Shown: positions 15,098-29,174, counted from the first letter of the whole stretch. The stretch: 59,776 nucleotides of DNA, filler included, from Dugesia japonica (GCA_001938525.1; 4 parts of 4 records of this genome joined end to end with filler, not necessarily neighbours in it), one strand, 5' to 3'. The notes: generated by a model from the letters alone, not told the origin. Translations and numbers: made by a program.

Positions 15098-15135
15098 CAG
15101 TGGCGTAGCCAGGAATATATAAAGGGGGGTTTAAA
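15098..15135 (+). mobile_element. Isolated hAT-like transposon terminus
   Basis: CAGTGGCGTAGCCAGG followed by a G-run, a typical hAT terminal pattern; no partner end seen. Confidence 0.5.
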
Positions 15136-15608
15136 TTTTTGTCAAAATTTTTGTTTTTGTTTACTAACATAAAATAACAAAGACATCAAAGGTGTGAGCG
15201 CACGCAATTAAGGGGTCTGCATAATTGTATAATTAATATTTTACTGATATTATGACACTGTACCTATGCATCATCATCGCCGTTTTGCGACCATCTGTCA
15301 AATGTCCAAGAAAGCTTGTGTTAGTTGGCTTCTCCCCAACAACAAGACAGATATCCAGTTAAACTTTTAACGACAAATTCTTTAACAACCATATACTTGG
15401 CTTGGGAAGCTGGTCAATTAATCAGCTATACTGGTGAATGCGAAGCAAAGTTTGACACCGGATGCTCTTCATAAGCAACCCTATTTTGAAGAACTGGATA
15501 TCCTACACAGTGAAAAAAATGTATAGTTTTATGATGGCACAAACTTAAGATGTAAAAGAAAGTATAAAAAACATCTGATGCCTAAAAAACAGGAATTTTA
15601 CAAACAAA

Positions 15609-16694
15609 TAGGCAGATTCCATTAAAATTAAAAACTTCACATTTATTTATTAAATACTTTTAAGTTCAACTTTCGAGTAAACAACAGTCATCAACCAGCC
15701 ATATTTATGTCATTTGAGGCTATAATGTAAAGTCCAAACGCCTTTTCATACAATCTAACAAATAGTCAGACATCGGATTTCTTAAATAAATTTTAGTTTC
15801 AAAAATTTCGTTATCTTTTTATTCTGTTAATCACTTCTTTTGAATGTTCCTCGTGTCACACTACAATATTTAGGGTTTGTATTTTCAAAATATCTTTTTA
15901 TGTATAGGATTTGACAGTTTTATATAATATTATTGTTATTCACTGTAAAGTTATCTATAGAATAGGTAGTTTAATTATCAAATTTGAAATACTTTTTATT
16001 TTTACTTAATTATTGAAAATAAGAAAATGTAAATTATTTTCAAAGTATTTTAAATTGATACTTTTTACATACCTGGGAAATTTAATAGCTGTTTACAATA
16101 AACCTGCTTAAATACTAGTATTTTATCGGTTATCATTTTATTATCCATCAATGTTGATGTCACACTTATCAAAATTGTTAAAACTAATAGTCTACAATAA
16201 AATCCGATAACAAAANNNNNNNNNNNNNNNNNNNNNNNNNNNNNNNNNNNNNNNNNNNNNNNNNNTAGGCAGATTCCATTAAAATTAAAAACTTCACATT
16301 TATTTATTAAATACTTTTAAGTTCAACTTTCGAGTAAACAACAGTCATCAACCAGCCATATTTATGTCATTTGAGGCTATAATGTAAAGTCCAAACGCCT
16401 TTTCATACAATCTAACAAATAGTCAGACATCGGATTTCTTAAATAAATTTTAGTTTCAAAAATTTCGTTATCTTTTTATTCTGTTAATCACTTCTTTTGA
16501 ATGTTCCTCGTGTCACACTACAATATTTAGGGTTTGTATTTTCAAAATATCTTTTTATGTATAGGATTTGACAGTTTTATATAATATTATTGTTATTCAC
16601 TGTAAAGTTATCTATAGAATATCCATCAATGTTGATGTCACACTTATCAAAATTGTTAAAACTAATAGTCTACAATAAAATCCGATAACAAAAT
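15609..16694. repeat. Near-identical duplication across N gap (probable assembly or haplotype artefact)
   Basis: 15609-15963 recurs at about 16266-16620 and 16142-16215 recurs at 16621-16694; the second copy lacks about 180 bp. Confidence 0.85.
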
Positions 16695-17064
16695 TCATTA
16701 CAACTACAAGCGGTCAACACTGTTTATTATGGTTGAAAAACAGATTTATTTGTACTTGTATAAAATAAATGACTTTTATTGAAATCTTTGTTATTTATTA
16801 AAACTAATAAAAATAAAACTAAGAATAATAAGTAAAAAGAATATAATACAAAATAACAACATTTATCCATTTATAAAATAGTACGTTTTTGGGGTTTTTA
16901 TTCAACCTATCGTTCGATATCAGCAATTCGTTGCCTTTTTTATCTTCTTATTTGATTGCATTGAGTCAGTTAGTTATAATATTCGTAATCAAAACTATCA
17001 TGACTCTTTGTACCCTAAAGGTAACAAAAGTAATATATACAATAAAAGAAAATATAAATTTACC

Positions 17065-17088
17065 ATGATGATGATGATGATGATGATT

Positions 17089-17135
<47 letters not shown>
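17065..17135. repeat. (ATG)n microsatellite running into gap
   Basis: Direct reading. Confidence 0.95.
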
Positions 17136-17404
17136 NNNNNNNNNNNNNNNNNNNNNNNNNNNNNNNNNNNNNNNNNNNNNNNNNNNNNNNNNNNNNNNNN
17201 NNNNNNNNNNNNNNNNNNNNNNNNNNNNNNNNNNNNNNNNNNNNNNNNNNNNNNNNNNNNNNNNNNNNNNNNNNNNNNNNNNNNNNNNNNNNNNNNNNNN
17301 NNNNNNNNNNTATTTATCAAACACCATGTTAAAATTATATTCAAAAAATTATTAAAATAAAAAAAAACTTCATATTTAAGAAATTTTTATTTAGATTTTT
17401 ACTA

Positions 17405-18190
17405 ATAAAAATATCTACATCCCAATACAAAATAATTTTTCAAAAAGGTTTAGTAGAAGTTACTCAAAACTATAGGAGGAGTCGAGGACAGAAACTTTGG
17501 AACGTTATATCTTTACTATTATTCAAAAAAAATTATTTAAAAATATTATAACACTCTACTTATTTTTTAAATGTTTTTATATTATAAAATTTAAAAAAAT
17601 CTAAAAATAAAAATTTATTTTTTCAGAAAAATTTGAAAATAAATATTTAAAAAATTTTAATTGTCATAACTTCCAATGAGATTTGTGTGTACACTTGTCG
17701 TACAGACAAGTAAATAAATATCATAACATTAAATCTCATAGTTGTCGAAAAAAATCAATAAAACCGTAACCTTTACCGATGCCATGGAAACTGACCCATG
17801 TTTTTTAATCGTGCCAAGTAAAAAATATATCCCATTACAAAAATAATTTTTCAAAAAAGTTTAGTAGAAGTCACTCAAAATTATGGAGGAGTCGAGGGTA
17901 GGAACTTTGGAATCTTATATCGTCACAACTATTCAAACTAATAAAAATTTAACATATTATTAAACTTGACATATTTTTCTATATTTTTTCATATTTTAGA
18001 ATTTTCAAAAATCGAAAAAAATTATTTTTTTTTCAGAAAAACTTCAAAAAAAAATATAAAATTTTTTTAAATCGCCATAGATACGGCTACCTCGGATACA
18101 CATTACACAATAAGTTTCCACGCACCAGTGCTCTTAGTTACCGCGCAAAATGAGAAATCCATTTTCGCGCCAGTTGCCATGGAAACAGTC
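17405..18190. repeat. Two diverged ~410-bp tandem units, each ending in an X-box-like motif
   Basis: gtttagtagaagt(t/c)actcaaaa..ggaggagtcgagg..aactttggaa near 17448 and 17859; gccatggaaac at 17781 and 18176. Confidence 0.8.
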
Positions 18191-18269
18191 GCAATCACGG
18201 TTCTAATACCGTTGTTATGACAACGCTTTACCTTTTTAAGTTATCCTGAGCCCCCACCCCGCTCCTAAA

Positions 18270-19070
18270 AACATCCTGCATTCTTTTATGATGCCAATTT
18301 TGACAATTGTTTTAATCATTTCACCAATCTTACCTTCTAGATGCATCAGTTGTCATCTTGGTTGTTGTAAGACAGGATTCCCCGTTGTTTAGATAGGATG
18401 TTTAACTAGGTGTGTTTTACTCAGGCCAAACGTATGAGCCATGAATATCGAGGCAAAACGCGTTAACAATTTTTTCAAGGTGTCATCTCTTGGTTTGACT
18501 CACATCACACATTACATTATCTGACTCGATTAATTCAATCATCTTTAATTGAATATTAAAAACTTTGAACATGCCTATTCCACAAATGAACTCTGGGCTT
18601 ATTCTCTGTACTGCCACCAAGTTGACAGTTTTGTTCATATTATGGTATTCAATTTTCACTTTTCCGATGCCTAAACATTTAACGGCTTCCTTCAAAAATG
18701 CTCCACTCAATTTTATCTATGAATTTTCCAATGAAAACGAACCCCATCTTTTTCAAGCATTCAGATCCATTATTGAAATCGATGCTCTTATGTCCCATAA
18801 CACCTTTACACATCTACCATTTACTTTAACCACGCTCCAAATTCTTCCATCGCTCTTCACATACATATCGTCTTCTACGTTTAAATTTCGATTTTGATTT
18901 GTTCTTACTGTCTTGACGCCACAGACGAAATTGGAACAGTGAAGTCCTTCTCGTCTAAATAGTTGAAATCATGCTCTTCTTCATCCGATTCATCGAAAAT
19001 TACATCTATTGCATTTTTTTCATTAGTTTCATTCGCAATACATCTAACATCGTTTCGGTGGTGATATTTC
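18270..19070 (-). mobile_element. Ty3/Gypsy fragment (gag end, protease, RT N-terminus)
   Basis: Minus strand VLWDIRASISIM (decayed DTG protease motif), FICGIGMFKVFNI, and the pre-RT segment NPVLQQPR...LEGKIGEM. Confidence 0.75.
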
Positions 19071-19499
19071 TCAAGTAGTCTACAACTTATTAATTATGTC
19101 CCGATTTTCAACAAATTAAACAACAAACTTTTAGAAGACAATTATTACGGAAATTTCAGATTGTACCACAACAAAAACCTATACCGGGTTTCAAAATCTC
19201 TTCTTTTGGAGGCGGAAAACCTTTGGATTGATTATACAGATTTTTTGGCCAAATTTTTTGGTAAATTTCTCTGGATTTGCTTTTGATATTGAATTTGAGA
19301 ATTTCTTTCTGGATAATTAACAACAGGATAATTCAATTACAATTAATTGCTTATTCTCAACTAGTCTTGAAAACTCTTAAAGTTTATAATGTTTGATTTG
19401 TTTATTAATGAAGAAGTCAAAACTTTATAAAACTGTATTTCAACTAATTTATTATTTATAAAATTTAATTTTTCATATAAAAAATTTTATACGATGTTA

Positions 19500-22260
19500 T
19501 GAATATCCAAGTACTTCAATTTATAATTTTAAATACATTTGAATTTACAACTGTAATGTTAGTTTTAAATAAATAAAGACTATAATATAATCTATGCAAC
19601 TTATTTGATTCTATCTGTGATTACTTTTACTTGTTTTAATTATATTGTTTTACTTTTTTCAGTGAATATTAAAAATATTGAGGTTATAAACCGGTAACTC
19701 AGTTAACTTTGATGTCTAGTTTAAAACTCATTGTCAGCCCTGTTTAATCTCACAAATAATTAGTTTATGATGTGCTAATCCAACCTTTCAGAATGATGCT
19801 TGTAAATTTCCTTTTTTAGCGTATGCATGCGTACACGTATTTCGTTCGAATTATTTCGTTTTATAATACGATTTTCTTAATGTTTATTTGTAACTTGTTG
19901 TTTTCCAAATATCTTAACTGCGAATTTGTCGATGATAGATTTTAATTTATTACTGTAAAAGAAATGGTTTGTGCTATAATTTTATGTGTTTAATAGCTGG
20001 TTCTTCATCATTAAATCCGTTAGTTTTTCCAATGTAATGTTCTTAATCTCTAGGAAAAAGCTATCTGTAATATCATCGGATACAATATGTATTTCGCATT
20101 TCTCTTCTCGTCTGTACTTTTCCAGTTCGATGTACTGTAATTGGTACATTCTTAGCTTATTTAAGTCAAATACAACCTGCCCTATATAGCTCGATCGATT
20201 CAAACATGCAGTCTCTTTGTTCATTAAAACAGCTGTCAGATCATCATCTATTTTTGTTGTTTTTTAAAATCAAACTTTTGACGTATAAGTCATCAGTTTT
20301 TGAGCTGCATTACACAAGTGTGGATTCAATCTCTTCATTAAATTCTCCGCAGTTTTACCGTGTATACTGTGGTTTAAAAACTCATAGTAATTCTTCTTTA
20401 ACTCTGTTTGACATTGTGATCTTAGTTCTGTATTTACATCAATATATTTTTGAAAAATTTAAACCAGACTTAATTTGATTCCTCTTTTTACTTTTATTAT
20501 TTGGGCACCTAATTGCATATACATTTAGAACAATCTCCAGTAATTGTTCTTCGGATGATGTGTTAACATCAATTTTGTAATATTACTTCTTGGAGTACAT
20601 TGATGTTTTGCTGCTACTGGTAGATCAATCAATCCATCTTGTTTCTCTGCTGGTATAACCATATCTACTTCCAATGAATATTGATTTTGGTAACTATTCA
20701 AGGTCTGATGTTCTACATTCTTCTAATATCTGGTCTAATCCTGAATAAACCCACTCAAAATCCTTATAATGCAACTTCTGACGCAAAGCCCAAGCATATA
20801 TATTATTGATGTCGATGTACAGTTAATCACTAACGACATAGTGTTTGTTAACGAATGTCAGTCCTCTTCCTATATCTCCTTTGACAAATGTATACATGTA
20901 ATTGTCATTCAACAGTTCAATTGGTTCATTTAATGACATCAAAGCAGATTTCAAACTCATTCCTGGAATACTAAAGAATATTAATGGGTTTAACTTATTG
21001 TGTGTCAATGATTTTGCACTGAACTGTTGAAAGAAATCCACCAATAGATATACATCCAGCTTTAGATAAATCATCATATAATTCAATAGATTCTTACAGC
21101 CGTTTATTATCCACATTTCCGCCGCTTTTTGCTAATCCTGCTCATTGTCTTCTTTTTATCTTGGTGACATTGATGTTGTTTCAACCAGAACTTGCAAACT
21201 GGTTGCATAATTAAAAGGAAATATCCCCTTTAACTTCGTTATTCTGCTATCTTTAAATTCATTTGTTGTCAAATGTGTCTCTTTTTAAGATTTCATTGCT
21301 GCGTCCAATGATGAATCAATAAATCGGTACAAGTCAATAAATTTGATTGTTATTTTCTTCAAATGAGCTATCAAAAAATAGAAACCTTTTTGATGTTGTT
21401 GGTAGGCAGGATATGCTCCAATTTTGAAATTTATTCAATCCATACTTCAAAATATCATGTAAATCATATCCTCTGAGATTATGGAATACTGCAGGCAGCT
21501 GTTCATGTATTCTTCGACTCAAGTTGCATTTATTACAAGCTGCACGAATGCATTTCTTAGTGAAATAGTCATGGTCACAAATTGTTTTTACTAGAGCTTT
21601 CGACTCAAATGACAATTGGTAGAGATTACGAATGATATGTCTTCTTGTTACAACATTATTAGTTTCATTTTTCCATTTGATTGATAATACAGGCACACTA
21701 TATTATTAGCCATTTTTTCAATAGCCTTTAAAAAAATAAAATATTTATTCATTTCTAATAAACTGACTGGATTTAGTCTTGTTAGTATAGTTGTTTACTC
21801 TCAAATTTAGGAATTTTAGATAACTTCATTGGCCTGTCACATTCATCAAACAGTAATTCAGAGATGTATTCTTTATATTTTGCAGCTTGGTATCTATGAT
21901 ATTTTCCATCTTGATCCTTTTTGAGAATTGCCAGAATACTGCATATAAAACACATATTATTTGTGTTTTTAACATAAACAACCCCCATTTTCTGTTCCAC
22001 GTTTTTTGGTGTTGGAATGTAGCTATGATCAGATAGTTGACTAATATCTGATACCTTGGTGATCTTAAGATTTATCTCTAAGATACGGCTAAATATCCAA
22101 CTAGATTCCAGCTCGCTTCCTATGGCTATCTTCTAATTTAACTGTTTTATTCCATCTACAAAAAATGAACCGGTAAAAAAGACAGCTCTAATTAATAATC
22201 TTTTGTTTCTTCGTCTTTGATAAATTTTACATGTATACCAAATCGATCTTAACTTGTTTC
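19500..22260 (-). pseudogene. Polinton/Maverick (adintovirus-like) protein-primed DNA polymerase B, decayed
   Basis: Ordered motifs: KNTNNMCFICSILA; DHDYFTKKCIRAACNKCNL (endonuclease VII-like); AVFHNLRGYDLH (exonuclease); RFIDS; KGIFPF; YLKLDVYLLVDFF; YIDINNIYAWAL (DxNxLY polymerase motif); YIGQVVFDLNKLRMY. Confidence 0.9.
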
Positions 22261-22519
22261 AATTCTTCAATAGTTAAAATAATTGAGTAGCTATGGAATT
22301 TGGTATAGTTATTTCAATAGTATTGTTGACGTGAAACATCCACTAAAGTGGAGATTAAACCAAAGAAAGAAATAAAACGGGAAAAGCAACCGTAAAAAAG
22401 AAATGAAGTTAAAATAAGGAAGATACAAGGAAAATAGAAACGGCTTATGACCATTAATTAAGAAAAAATTAATAAATAAAAAAGAATTATCAAGGAGAAA
22501 ATATTATAAAAATAATTAA

Positions 22520-22619
22520 NNNNNNNNNNNNNNNNNNNNNNNNNNNNNNNNNNNNNNNNNNNNTTAATTAATTAANNNNNNNNNNNNNNNNNNNNNNNNN
22601 NNNNNNNNNNNNNNNNNNN
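22520..22619. other. Artificial contig spacer
   Basis: 44 N + TTAATTAATTAA + 44 N; stops in all six frames. Confidence 0.9.
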
Positions 22620-22651
22620 AATAATTTATATATTTATTATTAATTGTTTAG

Positions 22652-23034
22652 ATACAGACGAAACGAAGAATAAAATATATTTAATATGTACAATAGAGTG
22701 TCTTAATTTCCCGTTGACACCGAAGATGTTACCTGGTCATTTAATCACAATAAGTGCCCCGTTTTCACTTGAAAATAGGCTACCGTGTGATGTTAGATTT
22801 GCAATGAAATCGGAACGTAATGACAATGGTTCGATAATTAAAAATGAAGCTCTTGTACGACCTTCGTGTCAATGTACAGTTTTAACCACTAGTATGAAAC
22901 AATCAACATATTTTTCCGTTTATCTTGATTCATTTCCTCGTTGTGATCCTTTATTGATTCATGGTAATGTCAAACTCAGCCATACAGTTTTAATACGTTT
23001 ATATGATGAACAGAATCGGCTTTTGGAATTAGAG
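22652..23034 (+). CDS. VPS13D: VPS13D internal exon (VAB/SHR-binding region)
   Basis: AG/GT bounded; PGHLITISAPFSLENRLPCDV...IRLYDEQNRLLELE resembles VPS13D PGHTIYLLP..NLLPCEL; ends phase 0. Confidence 0.85.
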
Positions 23035-23422
23035 GTAGTATTTATTATAATAAACTATATGTAAAAGTTTTATTTTATGCAAAACCAATTCCAGTATTCA
23101 AATTAATATAACATTTCAAATGATTCACGACTTTTTTGAAATCAACATTACCGCATATATCTTTTACTAATAAATTATTTTCTAAATGTACTCGTGTTTA
23201 AAAATCTTCATTTTTGGCAGTTTTTGAATATTGCGATATAAATCAATTTCATTTGTTGATTAATTTTAATATTAAAATTATATTTTTTAAATTTTCAAAT
23301 ATAAGGTGTTTCAAAAAAAACTGCGCTTTTTTACAAAATCTAAAATATTCAAAGTATCCAACAGAACTATATNNNNNNNNNNNNNNNNNNNNNNNNNNNN
23401 NNNNNNNNNNNNNNNNNNNNNN

Positions 23423-23495
<73 letters not shown>
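23423..23495. repeat. (TA)n(GA)n compound microsatellite in intron
   Basis: Direct reading. Confidence 0.95.
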
Positions 23496-23498
<3 letters not shown>

Positions 23499-23582
23499 AT
23501 TAGTTATTGTAAATATTTAAAATTCGAAGATAACTTTATTTTACTTATTTGATACTCTATTAGTCAAATTTAAATATTTCAG

Positions 23583-24081
23583 GTAAAAGTTGAATCTAGA
23601 CCATCCGGCCCGGTATCAGTTATTATTTATGCACTTTACTGGATTGTTAATCGTACATCCTTACCACTTGTTTATGCACAGTCCGGAGAAACAGATACTC
23701 TGGCAGCAGGTCATGTACCAGAAAATGAAGAGGCTTGCTCATCAATGTCATTTCCATTCAACTTTTCAAATAAGGATGATAGCTTTACTTTTCGAGTTCG
23801 ATTGGGATCGAAAGCCCAATTATCAAATCTGGATTGTTTCAAACCGTTATGGAGTGATAAAATATCTCTTGAAAAAGTAGGAACAACAACCCTTCAGTTG
23901 CGAGCTGCATCTTTGAATCAGCATCGACCGCATTTATTATATAATATTGGGCTGGAAATCAGACCTGGTAGAGGTAAACACAGCAATACTAAAATGGTAA
24001 TACTTACTGCGAGGTATTTGTTGGATAATAAAAGTTCATATCCTCTATATTTTGCCCAATACAACTGTACAGATCAACAAA
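23583..24081 (+). CDS. VPS13D: VPS13D internal exon
   Basis: IYALYWIVNRTSLPLVYAQ...AAGH...LYNIGLEIRPGRGK...ARYLLDNKSS; phase 0 start, phase 1 end, AG/GT. Confidence 0.92.
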
Positions 24082-24589
24082 GTAATTTTACTATTAATTA
24101 TTTATTGTTTTTTTGAAAGACCTAATTTCTTTTTTTTAGTATTTTTACTGTATGAGTATTGCTAATTTATTTCAATGTCTGCTTTCTCAGTAATTTTAAG
24201 GATGAAATAAAGTAGCAGTAGTTATCGAAATGCTAAAAATATTGTATTTCATTGAATTCCAAATCATTTGATCGATGGAAATGATACATTTAATTTAAAT
24301 TCTANNNNNNNNNNNNNNNNNNNNNNNNNNNNNNNNNNNNNNNNNNNNNNNNNNNNNNNNNNNNNNNNNNNNNNNNNNNNNTATTTTCGTATAAATGCTG
24401 TACAAAAACTATTTAATAGATCAATTATAAGAAAAAAACCAATTTACGTTATTGAAGTACAAGTTTTTTGATGTACAATAATTTGAACAAAGTTTTTAAA
24501 AATTATTTTTTAGCAATCTTCCCATTTGGGGCAGATACATAATATAATTATTTCTGTTATATTCTACTTATATTCTACATTATATTTAT

Positions 24590-25795
24590 TTTTTTACAAG
24601 ATACCTAATCTTTTGATATTCGCCACTAAACTGATTAACCAAAACATTACCATTTAAATGATTTCTAATAATTTCCAATGAGATGCTTGCTTGGATTGAA
24701 GCGCACCACTGAATCTTGAATTCCATTTTTTCATGACTTTATTTGTAATTCTTCGGCTAGAGTGTAATAGCATTTCCAAATATTTACTTCAAACCTTGGA
24801 GTAACTCAAATCTATTCATAATTTTGTCTTTTAGTTCCTATATAATGTCAACTTAAAAACTCAATAAAATTATTAATGGTTTAATGACAACTGTTTGAAA
24901 GCTTCAACGAAATCTTCTTCAGGTATAAATGGTAAAGTCATATATACAATAGTATATTTTATTGAAGTGTCTTCAGGACTTCTATATTGCGAAAAATATT
25001 TNCTACAGGTAAAATAAGTAGCCTTGAACTCTTCTATTTGAAAAGCAGTTTCTAATTTCGGCCATTACAGTCGATTAGAAATCAATCATTATAGATTGAA
25101 AAGAAAGTATAATACTTAATCATAATAAAATCTCTTTTAAATGAACATAGCATTTGTCTTGTGGAAACATAAACACGTGGAAAGGTGTATCCAAACATGT
25201 CAGTATAACTCATATAGATCTGAAAAAATATATTCGAACAGTGTTAAAGTCCCCTCTGCATAAAGCTTAGCACTTCGGGTTAAATGTTGCAATCCAGTGT
25301 TCGGATTAAAAATAAATATTCTATTTGAATCAGATTACTACTGAATAATATTTCAAAAATTCACCACCTGAAAAATTTCAATTATATGGTGCAGAGTTAA
25401 CACAATTGATTAAATTAGTATGAAAACTAGGTCTGGTGTTATTTTGAACTGTGCCGATGGAGTTTTAATCAATGAACTTCTTTCACTAAATTTTTAACAG
25501 CGTGTCAACTTCGCTTATATTTCTTAATTCTTCCCGTATAATGGAACTTGGGCGCGGTATTTTAATTTAACTTTTCTTTTATATTTTCAGTTGCAGGTCT
25601 AGCCATAATAAATGCGCGATGACCTGAATGAGAGTGTTTGCTGATACTAAAAACAGTTATATAATTTTCAACATCATAGTTTGTGACTAATCTGGGGTTA
25701 CATGCATCTCTATAACTATAAGTCCAATACGTTATTGTTATTTGAATTTTCTTTGAATTCAAATAGTATACAAATTCACCATTTGTAAGCATATA
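24590..25795 (-). mobile_element. Decayed Mutator-like (MULE) transposase with FLYWCH-like N-terminus, in VPS13D intron
   Basis: Minus strand FVYYLN...YWTYSYRDACNPRL...HSHSGH, then a decayed DGTF region (LYAEGT) and MIDF. Confidence 0.7.
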
Positions 25796-26123
25796 TACAC
25801 TTTGATTTAATTATATGCATTAAATTAAAATATAAATCGAATAGAATTTTATTATAATTATTTAATTTAAGTTTTATACGAAAAGTCTAGGTATGGCATA
25901 AAGTTACTTTTCAAATCAATATAAAATGTTATATNNNNNNNNNNNNNNNNNNNNNNNNNNNNNNNTGATAAGCCTAGATTTTCAAAAATTATATTGTGAC
26001 TTGGATTAAAATGATTTTTTTAGAATTAAATGTAAAATAAGTTTAAGAATGAATAAGCCAATGAATTATTCTTTATTTTATAAAACTATTGTTTTAAAAT
26101 AGGAAAATGTCTATTATTTTTAG

Positions 26124-26292
26124 CTAATCCAATTATGGCCTTGCCAGGATCTTTTCTTACATTTCATTGGCCTAGAGATGATTTGGATCAATTATTAACT
26201 GTACAAAAACTTGATTTAAACCATCAAATTATTTCCAAAGTTTCTGGGGGCTTTCAGATCGATCAATGTACTTCATTTCATGTTTATTTACG
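26124..26292 (+). CDS. VPS13D: VPS13D internal exon
   Basis: LPGSFLTFHWPRDDLDQLL...SGGFQID..SFHVYLR; phase-compatible with neighbours; an alternative in-frame acceptor lies 21 nt upstream. Confidence 0.9.
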
Positions 26293-26351
26293 GTATTATT
26301 ATTTAGTAATTTTTTTTTNNNNNNNATGTTTGAACGTTTTTTTTTCTACAG

Positions 26352-26610
26352 AGGAATCAACAGCAATCCGCCAAGTCAACTGAGAGTGTCAATAAGTCAT
26401 CGAGAGGCTAGATATAAAGTGGTTTTTACAGATGCTGAAGATTTACCATCTCCATACAAATTAGAAAATTTGACTAATTTACAGGTGTTCTTTTATCAGA
26501 ATGTAGCAGAAGACAGTTCTCGTAAATACTCTGTTCTCCCTCCATGCAGCAGTATACCGTATGCACTTGATGAGCCTACCCTTCCTCCAATTATTACTCT
26601 TTCACTAAAT
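26352..26610 (+). CDS. VPS13D: VPS13D internal exon
   Basis: LRVSISHREARYKVVFTDAEDLPSPYKLEN...PYALDEPTLPPIITL; follows a 59-nt intron. Confidence 0.92.
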
Positions 26611-28723
26611 GTAAATCACTAAATTTTGATTTAACAGTAAAAATTTCTAATTACTAATTTTTTTATTTCTCTATTTCTTTTTATTAACAATCATTGACAT
26701 AATAATATGATTATCAAAAAAAATTATGATTATAACAATTGTCAAAGTATTAAGTAAATCAATTTGTTCTGTTGACATTTAAAATAATTTTTATTCACTG
26801 AATTTAATTGAACATTATATTTTTTATCGTTCCAATAGAGTAAATATAAAATAAATATCAAAAATTTATAATTAAATAATGAAAATTTCTTTAATTTTAT
26901 TGATTATTTTGTGAGATAAAAGTAACGCGTTTAAAAAAACTATGTATTCTTTATTTATATATATATATATNNNNNNNNNNNNNNNNNTATATTCTTTATA
27001 TTATAATATTAATATTATAATATAATTAAGATTTATTTTAGAGTAGTCTCAGGCATTGTAATTTTAAAAATCATTATTTTTCTATTAGGCATGAAATTAT
27101 TTAAACACACTACAATAATCTAAAAAACCTAATTTAATTGGAATTTTCGCTATTAATTTCGTGAAGAAAATATATTTATTTTGCTATAATGTAATCAAAA
27201 CTAAATTTAGCATTCCAATTTCTATGTAATAGTTCATGTTCTTATTGATTTTTTGTTTACATCTAAGATTCATCCAATCATTCTTAATTAATTCTGTCAT
27301 ACGATTATCAACAGTACTCTTCCCCCTCATTCTCCCTCGCTCGTTCGCTCAGTTTTTATGTGCCATGTATAACTAACTATATTATTGCCTCGCAACAAGC
27401 TATTTAAAAATCAATAATATAAATATTTTAATTTAATAATTTTTCATAAAACTTTTCTATATATTTTAAAGTCATTCTTAAATAGAGATGACATCTTAGT
27501 ATTTTCATGAAAGAATTAGAAATGTTTATTATTTATCATAGCGTATGAATGAATGTTAGTGCAAATCGACGTAAAATAATATCGATGAATTTGAATTTCA
27601 TAATGATTATTAGCACGATACCATTATCTATAAAATGATGTCTAATAAATTGTAAGTTATTTTTATCCTAATTTTACTTGTCTATCTCTGTTAAACTCTA
27701 AATACTGATTTTCAGTTTGAATTGTCTAACATTTTTGATTTTTTGGTACACAAAGTTATTGAATGAATTAGATAGAAAATGAATTGTGCAAATAATTTTA
27801 GTAATTAATTAATTCGGCTGCTAATATATTTTTTGTGAAAGTTGCCATGGAAATGAAATTAATTTTATTCCCCTATTATGGCTTTGATTTAAATACTTTT
27901 TTAAAAGAACTTTTAAAAAAATATAAGCTGCAAAATGTTTTAAAACTGCTTTTATAAATTACGTTATGATTATGCATTATTATTTAAAATATTCTGTTAT
28001 TTAACACGTTGTAACCCGCAATGTTAAAATTTTTTTTCTCCCAGGACCACTATTTTTTTGTTTATATAAAATAAATAAATAAGATTTCACTATTATTTTA
28101 CTCAGCGTATTACCATAATTTGAACCAAAACTAAATAAAATAAGTAAGTGGAATTCCCAAGTATAACAAGCAACCTGTGGTACATTAAATACGATTTTCT
28201 CACGTGCTAATTAAGTATTTTTGGTCACTACGCTACCCTTGATCATCTCCTATTAGCATTTCATTGTGTTGTACTACATACANGACTCACAGAGCCCCAT
28301 TGGTAAATATTAATGTGAAACAACTTTGATTCACGTTCTAGAGAAGATAAGATGAGCATTATGAAAATAATTACTCTGCATCGTACGTGATTCACACGGC
28401 ACAACGTCTTAATTTTATCTAATATGTTAAAGATTTTAAGTAAAATAAAGTTACATTTTATCTATATCTAAATTTTAATGATTACATCTAGTATCATTAC
28501 ACAAGAGCGTACAACTATATATGTTTTCTTTTACGATTTTACCCATTATTATGGACTCACGTGAAACTATGTACTTGATTGTGTTTAATTAAACTTTTTT
28601 TAATCTCAAATCCTAATATTAATAACTAAAAAGGTTAATTTATTTATTTAATTTTAATTACTTTTGTAAAATGTTAGACACGAATGAATAAATGTGGCAG
28701 CATTTTGACAATTTTTATTACAG

Positions 28724-29134
28724 GGTGGCACTCAATGTTGTTTTGATATCAACAAAGTTGGTCGCGGTTCAAGTTTATACTATGACAATTTTCTCTATAT
28801 TGTTATTCGGAATTCAGTTGAATCTGATAATGATTCTTGCTTAGTTTTTGATGTTCCACAGAACACAAAGAAAATATTTCTCAATCAGAAAAACTCAAAT
28901 AATACTAGATCTCAATTGTGGTATTATTCAAATAATAATGAGTTATTTCATGAAGGATCAATTGCACCACATGATCCTAAACATAAACTTGATCGGTCTG
29001 CTGAAAATCATCTATTACTTGATGTTGATATTTTAGCACCATGTCCGTCGAGTTTACAAAAGAAAATGTATCGTATGATACTTGCAAAAGCAGATCCGAG
29101 ACGGGAAAAATATCAAAGATGGTTTTTTAAAGAT
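28724..29134 (+). CDS. VPS13D: VPS13D internal exon
   Basis: GGTQCCFDIN...LYYDNFLYI...SQLWYY...LFHEGSIAPHDP...YQRWFFKD; 137 codons, phase 0/0, cag acceptor and gtaagt donor. Confidence 0.92.
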
Positions 29135-29174
29135 GTAAGTTATGAGAAAATACTAAAATAAAAAATATGTAATC

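Noticed and set aside
16998-17355. Poly-I, poly-M and poly-S ORFs
   Set aside because: Artefacts of the (ATG)n microsatellite plus N gap.
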